The position numbers and the translations under genes are program-made. From a bacterium (lineage in GTDB: Bacteria > Oederibacteriota > PGYV01 > Palsa-1178), in contig JBAXIL010000020.1 in assembly GCA_037138355.1 (NCBI GenBank), positions 1 through 29,407 of the forward strand: a DNA stretch of 29,407 nt, given 5' to 3'. Under the pieces are notes generated by a model that saw nothing but the letters and a program-made list of their open reading frames with translations, did no database searches and was not told the origin of the DNA. This document shows, one piece after another, positions 6,244 through 14,581 of this stretch. The number at the start of each line of letters is the position of its first letter. Within the stretch, counting starts at the first letter, position 1.

Positions 6244-9200
6244 ATGAAACTCACTGAACTTACAGCGCTAAATAATTTGCAAAAGAAATCCATGAAGAAA
6301 ATCCTACCTGATACGCCCATGGTTTCTGTTGGCATGGGAACCTGTGGTATAGGAAACGGCGCGATTGAGCTGCACGCGGCGCTGGGTAAAGCAATAAAGA
6401 CAAAAAAGGCAGAAATTAAGTTAAACTCAGTTGGTTGTTTTGGATATTGTGCCAGTGAACCTCTTGTGAATGTTTATATGCCTGGTTGGCCTCTTATTAT
6501 TTTGAGTAAAGTTGCTATTAAAGATGCACCTTCAATTATTGAAAGTTTAATTAAAGGTGTAATGCCTTTAAAAAAAGCTCTTTGCAAGATTGAGGAGTGG
6601 GACTTTCTTACATCTAAAGTGTCATTTGGAAAAGGATTAGAAAATATTCCGAACTGGGATGAGATTCCGTTTTTTAAAGGACAGAAAAAAATGGTTCTTC
6701 GTGATGCTGGGCTTATTAATCCAGATGATATAGAAGAATATATAGCAGTGGGTGGTTATCAGGCATTATACAAATCTCTAAAAGAAATGAATGTTGATTC
6801 AGTTCTTGAAGAAATAAAAAAATCAAAGCTAAGAGGTCGTGGTGGCGCTGGTTTTCCAGTTGGAAAAAAATGGGAACTTATGAAAACTGTTGATGCTGAC
6901 CAAAAGTATATAATATGTAATGCTGATGAAGGCGACCCAGGCGCATATATGAATAGAAATGAAATTGAGAGTGATCCACACGCACTCATCGAAGGTATGA
7001 TAATCGGGGCTTATGTTATGGGCGCTTCCAAAGGTGTTGTATATATGAGAGCGGAATATCCTTTGGCTGTTGAGAGACTTAAACTTGCCATTGAGCACGC
7101 AAGCGAATTAGGTTTAATTGGAGATAATATATTTGGAAGCGGTTTTAATTTTCATCTTGAATGTGTAGAAGGCGCAGGTGCTTTTGTTTGTGGAGAAGAA
7201 ACAGCTTTAATGGCTTCTATTGAAGGAAGGGCTGGCAGATCTATGCCTCGGCCACCATTTCCAGCCCAAAAAGGTCTTTGGGGAAAACCAACTAATATTA
7301 ATAATGTAGAGTCATGGGTTAATGTGCCTCTAATTATTTATAGAGGTGGAGATTTCTTTGCTCAAACTGGAACTGCGACAAGCACAGGTACAAAAGTATT
7401 TTCTCTGGTAGGCAAAATTAAAAATACTGGACTTGTAGAATTGCCATTGGGTACACCTCTTGAAAATATTATTTATGAAATGGGTGAAGGGGCTGGAAAA
7501 AACAAACAAATTCGTGCAGTTCAAACTGGTGGTCCTTCGGGTGGTTGTATTCCAGTAGAACACTTTAATACTGCGGTTGATTACGAGTCGCTAAACTCTC
7601 TGGGTGCAATTATGGGTTCTGGCGGTATGGTGGTAATGGATCAAGATAATTGTATGGTGGATGTAGCAAGATATTTTGTGGAGTTTACAGCCGCTGAGTC
7701 ATGTGGTAAATGTACTGCTTGCAGAGAAGGTTTAGCACAGTCATTAGAAATACTTAATAAGATAACAAAAGGGACAGCAGAACTTGCGGACTTGGATACA
7801 CTTGAGCGACTTGCTTATGTGATTAAAGAATCTTCACTTTGTGGTCTTGGTCAGACCAGTGCTAATCCAGTTCTTACCACTTTGAAATATTTTAGAGATG
7901 AATATAAAGCACATATAGTAGAAAAAAGATGTAAGTCAGGTGTTTGTGAAAACCTTTTTATGGCACTTTGTGAAAACAGTTGCCCTATGCACATGAATAT
8001 ACCGGCTTATTTGCAACTTCTCAAAGAAGGAAAGCTCGAAGAAGCATTTGAATCAACTCTCCGTGATAATCCTTTACCAGGAACAATGGGGAGGATATGT
8101 CACTTTCACTGTAAAATGCGCTGTAGGAGAGAAACTATTGACCAATCAGTAGAACAGGGAGAAATACATAGATACTTAGCAGATACAATGTATAAAATGG
8201 GAAAAGAAAAACTAATTTATCAAAAACTTATAAAAGAAAAAATGCCTTTGACAGGAAAGAAAATCGCAATAGTAGGAGCGGGACCTGCGGGAATCACAGC
8301 TGGTTATTATCTCGTGAGACTTGGGCATACAGTCACCATATATGATTCACACGCTCTTGCCGGTGGTATATTACAATACGGAATTCCTGCGTATAGACTA
8401 CCAAAAGATATTTTAGCAAAAGAAATTGAATTGGTTAAAAAGCTTGGCGTAAAGTTTGTAATGAATACTAAGGTCGGAGTGGATATATCATATAAAACAC
8501 TGGCTAAGGACAATGATACTGTCATTTTATCAGTCGGGGCAGAAAAGGATCAGGCCCTTGACATACCTGGTAAGGATTTAAAAGGAGTTATGGCGGGTTA
8601 TGAATTTCTTGAAGATTTTGCCAAAGGAAAGAAAATAAAAATAGGTAAGAAAGTGGCTGTAATCGGAGCGGGTAATGTCGCTATTGATGCCGCAAGAACT
8701 GCTTTAAGACTTGGGGCAGATGTGACTATAGTTTACCGCAGAGACAAAAATGAAATGCCTGCAAATATTCACGAGATAGAAGATGCTGAAGAAGAAAAAA
8801 TTAATTTCAAACTTATGTCAGGTCCAAGCAAAATAATTGGGGATGGTCGTGGCGGAATAAAGGGATTGGAAGTTGAAAAAATGAAGTTTGGTTCTATAGA
8901 TAGGTCGGGAAGAAAAAAACCAGTAGGTACTGGAGAGTTTGAAATAGTTTCTTGTGATACGGTTATACTTGCTATCGGAGAGAAAGTTGAATCCGAATTC
9001 GCTAAAGAGCTCGGAATAGAGACAAATAAAAATGGTACGCTTAAAGCAAATCCATTTACCTTTATTACATCTAATAATAAATTTTATGCCATAGGAGATG
9101 CGGTAACTGGTCCTGCCACTGCTGCTGAAGCTATGGGAATTGCACTTACCACAGCAGAAGCAGTTGATTTAGAATTAATGAAAGAAAGAAGGTTCTCAAA

Positions 9201-9411
9201 ACTCTATAAAAAGTTTGATTATAAAAACGAAGTATCCGTAAAACCTGAAGGTGGCAGAAATACAAAGCCAAAAAGAGTTCCTGTAAAAGACAGAGTGACA
9301 AGCTTTCAAGAAGTACTTTCTGGATATTCAGGTGAACAGGCCTTGCGTGAAGCGGCAAGGTGTTTGCGGTGCGATATAAAGCCCGGTCATGAAAATAACA
9401 GGAATAATTGA
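6244..9411 (+). CDS. hydB: Fusion beta subunit: HndB-like Trx domain + NuoF/HydB FMN-NADH core + GltD/NfnB-like FAD/NADPH oxidoreductase
   Basis: GMGTCG...GCFGYC; LRGRGGAGFP, NADEGDPGAYM, FVCGEETAL, GGPSGG, ESCGKCTACREG...LCGLG, H-x5-C-x4-C; then CENSCP...GRICHFHCKMRCRR, GAGPAG, GAGNVAIDAARTALRLG..VYRR, GDAVTGP and C-terminal EAARCLRC. Confidence 0.9.
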   Translation: MKLTELTALNNLQKKSMKKILPDTPMVSVGMGTCGIGNGAIELHAALGKAIKTKKAEIKLNSVGCFGYCASEPLVNVYMPGWPLIILSKVAIKDAPSIIESLIKGVMPLKKALCKIEEWDFLTSKVSFGKGLENIPNWDEIPFFKGQKKMVLRDAGLINPDDIEEYIAVGGYQALYKSLKEMNVDSVLEEIKKSKLRGRGGAGFPVGKKWELMKTVDADQKYIICNADEGDPGAYMNRNEIESDPHALIEGMIIGAYVMGASKGVVYMRAEYPLAVERLKLAIEHASELGLIGDNIFGSGFNFHLECVEGAGAFVCGEETALMASIEGRAGRSMPRPPFPAQKGLWGKPTNINNVESWVNVPLIIYRGGDFFAQTGTATSTGTKVFSLVGKIKNTGLVELPLGTPLENIIYEMGEGAGKNKQIRAVQTGGPSGGCIPVEHFNTAVDYESLNSLGAIMGSGGMVVMDQDNCMVDVARYFVEFTAAESCGKCTACREGLAQSLEILNKITKGTAELADLDTLERLAYVIKESSLCGLGQTSANPVLTTLKYFRDEYKAHIVEKRCKSGVCENLFMALCENSCPMHMNIPAYLQLLKEGKLEEAFESTLRDNPLPGTMGRICHFHCKMRCRRETIDQSVEQGEIHRYLADTMYKMGKEKLIYQKLIKEKMPLTGKKIAIVGAGPAGITAGYYLVRLGHTVTIYDSHALAGGILQYGIPAYRLPKDILAKEIELVKKLGVKFVMNTKVGVDISYKTLAKDNDTVILSVGAEKDQALDIPGKDLKGVMAGYEFLEDFAKGKKIKIGKKVAVIGAGNVAIDAARTALRLGADVTIVYRRDKNEMPANIHEIEDAEEEKINFKLMSGPSKIIGDGRGGIKGLEVEKMKFGSIDRSGRKKPVGTGEFEIVSCDTVILAIGEKVESEFAKELGIETNKNGTLKANPFTFITSNNKFYAIGDAVTGPATAAEAMGIALTTAEAVDLELMKERRFSKLYKKFDYKNEVSVKPEGGRNTKPKRVPVKDRVTSFQEVLSGYSGEQALREAARCLRCDIKPGHENNRNN

Positions 9412-9422
9412 GGAGAGAACCC

Positions 9423-11201
9423 ATGGAAAAAACAACCCTTCTAAATGTTAAGATTGACGGACAGGCCTATCAGGTAGAGAAAGGTACCACGATACTAAAA
9501 GTTTGCAAAAAAATTGGTATAGATATCCCAACGCTTTGTTTCTTGGAAGATATTTCAAGAAATTCATCTTGCGGTATTTGCGTTGTGGAAGTAAAAGGCG
9601 GTAAATCTTTGATTCGCGCCTGTACTGCGGAAGTTTTTGATAATATGGAAATATTTACAAAAACTGCTAAAGTTATGGAAGCTCGTAAAATGAATTTGGA
9701 ACTTATTTTGGCTAATCATCCTAATGATTGCCTAAGTTGTCTTCGTAATCAAAATTGTGAACTACAAACATTGGCTTATACTCTTGGAATAAAAGAAACT
9801 CGTTTTGTTCGGACAAAGCCTGTCGATAAGATTGATTATTCATCTGTGTCGGTAGTTAGAGATCCAAATAAATGTATTTTATGTAAAAGATGTGTAAATG
9901 TATGTTCTGATGTGCAAACGGTTTATGCCATAGATGTAATTAACAGGGGCATAAAAAGTAAGATTGCTCCTTATATGGACAAGGGCTTAGGAGATGTGGC
10001 TTGCACTAATTGCGGTCAATGTGCTTTGGTCTGTCCGACAGGCGCGATAGTAGAACAAGATAATACGAGTATGGTTTGGAAAGATTTGCTTGATAAAGAT
10101 AAAGTAGTGCTTGTCCAAACAGCCCCAGCGATTCGTGTAGGTATAGGCGAGGCCATGGGTATGGACCAAGGAGCACTTGTTACTGGAAAAATGGTGGCGG
10201 CGCTAAGAAGACTTGGATTTAAAAAAGTCTTTGATACAAATTTTACTGCAGATCTTACAATCATGGAAGAAGGGCACGAGCTGATTAAAAGACTTACAAA
10301 AGGCGGTACATTGCCTATGATTACTTCTTGTTCTCCAGGTTGGATTAAGTTTATAGAACATTTCTTCCCAAATGAAGTGGATCATTTATCTACTTGCAAA
10401 TCTCCACAACAAATGTTCGGTGCAATTGCAAAAACTTATTACGCAGAAAAAATGCACATAGATCCAAGAACAATCAGTGTGATTTCTATAATGCCATGTA
10501 CTGCAAAAAAATATGAAGCTAAAAGGCCAGAAATGAGTGGAGCTTTTGATTACTGGAAAGACAAAATGAATTTAAATAATGATGAAAAGTTTTATGATGT
10601 TGATTATGTTTTAACAACAAGAGAGCTTGCAAGAATGTTCAAAGAAGCTGGAGTTAACTTTGCTGGACTTCCAGAAGAAGAATTTGATAGTCCGCTTGGC
10701 TCATCCACAGGTGCGGCAGTTTTGTTTGGTGCTACAGGTGGAGTTATGGAAGCAGCTGTTAGAACCGCTTATGAAGTAGTGGTAGGAAAGCCACTTCCAA
10801 GTTTAGATTTAAAAGTGGTCAGAGGTTTTGAAGGAATAAAAGAAGCAGAATTAGATTTAAATGGTACGAAAGTGAGAATTGCTGTAGCACATACACTTAA
10901 AAACGCTCGGACGCTTTTAGAACAGATAGAAAAAGGTGAATCTCCTTATCATTTCATAGAAGTTATGACTTGTCCTGGTGGTTGTTTGGGTGGTGGTGGT
11001 CAGCCAATACCTACGAATTGGGCAATAAGACAGAAAAGGGCAGACTCAATATATTTAGAAGATAGAAATAAAGGATTGCGTAAGTCTCATGAGAATCCAG
11101 AGGTTCAGGAACTATATAAGGAGTTCTTGAAGGAACCGCTTGGACATTTGTCTCATGAATTACTTCATACTGAATACACCAAAAGGGGAGTTTTTGTTTA
11201 A
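9423..11201 (+). CDS. hydA: Group A [FeFe]-hydrogenase catalytic subunit (2Fe-2S, His-ligated 4Fe-4S, 2x4Fe-4S, H-cluster)
   Basis: P1 TSCSPGW, P2 MPCTAKKYE, P3 EVMTCPGGCLGGGGQP; HPNDCLSCLRNQNC; two CxxCxxCxxxC motifs. Start set at ATG 9423 after SD GAGGAG. Confidence 0.96.
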   Translation: MEKTTLLNVKIDGQAYQVEKGTTILKVCKKIGIDIPTLCFLEDISRNSSCGICVVEVKGGKSLIRACTAEVFDNMEIFTKTAKVMEARKMNLELILANHPNDCLSCLRNQNCELQTLAYTLGIKETRFVRTKPVDKIDYSSVSVVRDPNKCILCKRCVNVCSDVQTVYAIDVINRGIKSKIAPYMDKGLGDVACTNCGQCALVCPTGAIVEQDNTSMVWKDLLDKDKVVLVQTAPAIRVGIGEAMGMDQGALVTGKMVAALRRLGFKKVFDTNFTADLTIMEEGHELIKRLTKGGTLPMITSCSPGWIKFIEHFFPNEVDHLSTCKSPQQMFGAIAKTYYAEKMHIDPRTISVISIMPCTAKKYEAKRPEMSGAFDYWKDKMNLNNDEKFYDVDYVLTTRELARMFKEAGVNFAGLPEEEFDSPLGSSTGAAVLFGATGGVMEAAVRTAYEVVVGKPLPSLDLKVVRGFEGIKEAELDLNGTKVRIAVAHTLKNARTLLEQIEKGESPYHFIEVMTCPGGCLGGGGQPIPTNWAIRQKRADSIYLEDRNKGLRKSHENPEVQELYKEFLKEPLGHLSHELLHTEYTKRGVFV

Positions 11202-11344
11202 CTAATTGTAATTAAGGTTGTTTAAATATCTATTTACAATTATAAAACAAAGAATTCTTTATCGTTATATATTTTTAATATAAATCCAAAAACAAATAAT
11301 TATATCTATTTTTAAATATATAAATATAACTCTCATTATTAAAA

Positions 11345-11374
11345 TTGACTTATAAATGAATAATGAAGTATAAT
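11345..11374 (+). promoter_or_regulatory. Probable sigma-70 promoter of the glycosyltransferase gene
   Basis: TTGACT-N18-TATAAT. The region is very AT-rich, so a chance match is possible. Confidence 0.5.
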
Positions 11375-11433
11375 TAATTGAGAATATATTTTAAAGTTTC
11401 GAGTTATAATTAAGACAATATAAGGAGAAAGGC

Positions 11434-13299
11434 GTGAAAAAGGATTTTTTTGAGAAAGATAAAATTCTTGATTATATTTTTTATTTAATAGTTATAATGT
11501 CTGGCATTTACCAACTTTCTATGTGGGGCTTACATTGCATGCATATGGATGAGACATTATATGTTAATTGGGCGCTTAAGATTGCTGATGGCACAGATTT
11601 TTTTCTACACAATACCACCACTGATAAGTTTCCACTTCTTTCTTATATGATTGCTTTTTTTATAAAACTTTTTGGTAATAGTGAAGCAACAGCAAGAATT
11701 CCAAGTTTTATTTGTACCATAGGTGGATTTTTTGTGCTTTATAGAGCAGCTGAATTACTTTATGACAAACGCACAGGCGTACTGGCTGTACTGGCTACAG
11801 CGCTTACAAAATATTTTGTAATTTATGGTCCGACTGCTTTTACCGATCAAATAATGATGTTTTTTATTCTCTTATCTTTACTCATGTTTGCTGAAAAGAA
11901 ATATTTTTGGACTGGAATATTTATAGGGATTTCGGCTATGGCAAAGCTTACTGGCTTGTATTTCTTTTTACCTTTTGCTATTGGTATAATTCTATTGAAC
12001 AATGATTATAAACGATCCTTGATTGATTTTGCAAAAGGTATTGCTCTAATGTGCTTAATTATTTTTCTTTGGGCTGGGCTTGTGGAACTTAATGCTTTTA
12101 GACTTTTTCTTGCTAATAGTCCAATCCCTTACAAGGGGACTATTGACCTTAACTTTTTTAAAGATGGTCTCAACATAATTAAAGATTATCAGTTTAACTT
12201 AATGGGTGGAGCAAAACTTATTGCTGCCATTATAGGTGGTTTGGTATTAATTTCTTTGAAAAACTCTCACAAAAAGACTGATATTATTATTTTCTTAACA
12301 GTTATTTTATTTTATTTTACTCTCGCAATTATGACTTTTCGGCGAGTTCCGATTTTTGAAAGATATCTTGTCGTGATTGTTCCATTTATTACCTTGCTCT
12401 TGGCGAGGACAGCTGTTTATCTATACGACCTACTTGGTCCAAAAAATAAAGTGTTTGGTTTTATAACCGCAAGTATCTTTATGTTGTTTGCGTTGTTGCC
12501 CTTTAACAAAACAATGGATATAGCCGCTTTTTATTCTGTAAATGACGGTCTGGATACTGCTATCAATAGCATTCCTGACAAACAAAAAGCTGTTGCTCTA
12601 AATATGGGAATTCATTATTGTGTGGCTTTGTATTATTATTATGATTTTGCGAATTTTTACGGAAATATTTATGGCATAGCTACCGAAAAGGAAATAGTTA
12701 AAAACTACACCAGGCACGATGAAGGCAGGGAGAAATATATTATAGCGAATAATGACGGTGCAAAGGTTGTCAATGAAGATATTAAAATTATAAACGGCGT
12801 CTACTACGATCACAAACCTATTCTTAAAAATATCACATATTTTGAAGGCAAACCTAAGTACTATGTCTATAAGCTTGAAAAAGTATCAAAATTAAAAGTC
12901 CCATTTATTGCTTTGAAAAAAAATATTTCGCCGAGTGTTAAAATGAATGTCAATTATGCCAAAGGAATACAACTTTTAGGATTTGATTATCGAAAACTTT
13001 CTGAAAATAAAATAGAGTTCACATATTATTGGAAAAAAACAGGTATTGTGAAAAAGGCGTGGCGGGTGGATGTTCATTTTAATGATGTTAATAAGCAGCT
13101 ACAAGATGGGGATCATTACCCAGCTCACGGACTTGCCATGTTTGATTCTCTGGAAATAGGGGATGTGATTCAGGATAAAGACATAGTTGATTTTGATAAA
13201 TGGAAAGCAGTAAATAACATTTCTATAGAACTACATTTAGAACGCAGTAGCAAAGTTGCTTCTTATTCTGGGAAAAATCGACAAAAGATAGCATTTTAA
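11434..13299 (+). CDS. ArnT/PMT-like polytopic membrane glycosyltransferase (GT-C fold) with a C-terminal soluble domain
   Basis: MDETLY acidic motif after TM1, DKFPLLSY (xKPPL-like), ARIPS, AMAKLTG and about 11-12 TM segments. GTG start with SD AAGGAG. Confidence 0.85.
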   Translation: MKKDFFEKDKILDYIFYLIVIMSGIYQLSMWGLHCMHMDETLYVNWALKIADGTDFFLHNTTTDKFPLLSYMIAFFIKLFGNSEATARIPSFICTIGGFFVLYRAAELLYDKRTGVLAVLATALTKYFVIYGPTAFTDQIMMFFILLSLLMFAEKKYFWTGIFIGISAMAKLTGLYFFLPFAIGIILLNNDYKRSLIDFAKGIALMCLIIFLWAGLVELNAFRLFLANSPIPYKGTIDLNFFKDGLNIIKDYQFNLMGGAKLIAAIIGGLVLISLKNSHKKTDIIIFLTVILFYFTLAIMTFRRVPIFERYLVVIVPFITLLLARTAVYLYDLLGPKNKVFGFITASIFMLFALLPFNKTMDIAAFYSVNDGLDTAINSIPDKQKAVALNMGIHYCVALYYYYDFANFYGNIYGIATEKEIVKNYTRHDEGREKYIIANNDGAKVVNEDIKIINGVYYDHKPILKNITYFEGKPKYYVYKLEKVSKLKVPFIALKKNISPSVKMNVNYAKGIQLLGFDYRKLSENKIEFTYYWKKTGIVKKAWRVDVHFNDVNKQLQDGDHYPAHGLAMFDSLEIGDVIQDKDIVDFDKWKAVNNISIELHLERSSKVASYSGKNRQKIAF

Positions 13300-13552
13300 C
13301 CAGCGTAGATATTCTGAACTTTTTTCAATTCAAAAGTCCTCACCCATGTAACTGGAACACTGGAATACTTATTACAGAAATGTATAAACCCTTATAAAAC
13401 CCCAATATTACCGACTATTTTTGCTATTTGGTTCAGTTTTTGTGACTATATTTCACAAGAGTTTTCAAATATATACTAAATAAGTAGGACATTCATTTTT
13501 ATATCGTTTTTTACCCCTTATAATTAAGGTGTAAAATAATTTAATTTTATTA

Positions 13553-13581
13553 TTGACAAAAAGATCAAAAATCTGTATATT
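13553..13581 (+). promoter_or_regulatory. Sigma-70 promoter of hydrogenase operon 2
   Basis: TTGACA (13553-13558)-N17-TATATT (13576-13581). Confidence 0.75.
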
Positions 13582-13616
13582 GTAGTCCGAGGGTCAGGGA
13601 ACAGTGGAGTTAAAGG

Positions 13617-13645
13617 GAGAGTAATTTTCTTACTCTCTATTTTTT
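13617..13645 (+). terminator. Intrinsic-terminator-like hairpin in the operon 2 leader
   Basis: GGAGAGTAA-TTTTC-TTACTCTCT, a 9-bp stem with one G-U pair, followed by A and T6. It lies downstream of the promoter and upstream of hydC. Confidence 0.6.
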
Positions 13646-13655
13646 ATTATAGAGT

Positions 13656-13673
13656 TAGTGAATTATTTCACAA
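13656..13673. promoter_or_regulatory. Rex operator
   Basis: TAGTGAATTATTTCACAA has one mismatch to TTGTGAA-N4-TTCACAA and lies 9 nt before the SD GGAGGT of hydC. Confidence 0.78.
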
Positions 13674-13697
13674 ACAAACTTTGGAGGTAATAAAAGA

Positions 13698-14198
13698 ATG
13701 ATGCTGGAAAAGGAAGTCGTTCAATTGGACAAAGGTTTACTTGATTACATGGAAAAATGGAAAGATAAACCTGGAAAAGAAATAATGATACTGCACAAAA
13801 TTCAAGAAATCTATGGTTATGTACCGAGGAAGATAGCTATGGAAGTTTCAGTTAAGCTTGACATACCACTTGCTAAGATTTATGGGATTATTACTTTTTA
13901 TCATTTGTTTAAATTAAAACAGCCAGGCAAAAATATGATTTCGGTTTGTATGGGTACTGCTTGTTATCTAAAAGGTGGTAATGATATTATACAGGAAATA
14001 GAAAATATTTTGGGTGTCAGTGTAAATAATACAAGTGATGATGGTTTGTATTCACTTGAGATCGTAAGATGCGTAGGTTGTTGTGGTTTGGCTCCTGTTA
14101 TGGTCATTAATGGTAAGACATTTGGAAATCTGCAGAAAGCAGAACTGCCGAAGATACTTGGGGAATACAGTGCTAAGGAGGCTAACACAAATGGATAA
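13698..14198 (+). CDS. hydC: [FeFe]-hydrogenase gamma subunit (NuoE/HndA-like)
   Basis: IYGIITFYHLF, VCMGTACYLKG, RCVGCCGLAP. Confidence 0.94.
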   Translation: MMLEKEVVQLDKGLLDYMEKWKDKPGKEIMILHKIQEIYGYVPRKIAMEVSVKLDIPLAKIYGIITFYHLFKLKQPGKNMISVCMGTACYLKGGNDIIQEIENILGVSVNNTSDDGLYSLEIVRCVGCCGLAPVMVINGKTFGNLQKAELPKILGEYSAKEANTNG

Positions 14199-14571
14199 AA
14201 TGAAAAAAGGCGATCTTGAAAAGTTCAGAAAAGCCTTCAAGCCAGATCATAAAGGCGAGATTATGATTTCAATGGGAACCTGCGGTATTGCCGCTGGTGG
14301 AGATACAATATATAAAATTTTTGAAGAAGAATTAAAAAGCAAAGGACTTGAAAGTATAAAATTAAAAAAGACTGGTTGCCTTGGAATGTGTTTTTGCGAG
14401 CCGAACTTGGTAGTGAAGCTTGAAGGCATGCCTGAAATACTTTATGGTAATGTAGATGAAAAAGCAGCGCGTTCAATAGTGAGTGAACATGTAATAAAGA
14501 AAAATATTTTAAATAACTACGTAATATTTATGCCGTCAAAAGATACCGGCTTAAATATATTCAAAGATTAG
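14191..14571 (+). CDS. hydD: Thioredoxin-like [2Fe-2S] ferredoxin subunit (HndB/HydD-like)
   Basis: SMGTCGIAAG...TGCLGMCFCEP..YGNV. True start ATG 14191 follows SD AAGGAGG and overlaps the hydC stop. Confidence 0.88.
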   Translation: MDKMKKGDLEKFRKAFKPDHKGEIMISMGTCGIAAGGDTIYKIFEEELKSKGLESIKLKKTGCLGMCFCEPNLVVKLEGMPEILYGNVDEKAARSIVSEHVIKKNILNNYVIFMPSKDTGLNIFKD

Positions 14572-14581
14572 GAGACGACAC

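Noticed and set aside
9409..9423. TGA readthrough or selenocysteine joining hydB1 to hydA1
   Set aside because: The genes are in different frames and hydA1 has its own SD and ATG.
13351..13403. Short tandem repeats ACTGGAAY x2 and TATAAA(A)CCC x2
   Set aside because: Only two copies each, compatible with chance.
13440..13458. TTGTGACTATATTTCACAA as a Rex or CRP site
   Set aside because: The half-sites are 1 bp too far apart (19 bp rather than 18). It may be a weak site but is not called; it overlaps the shared motif reported in the findings.
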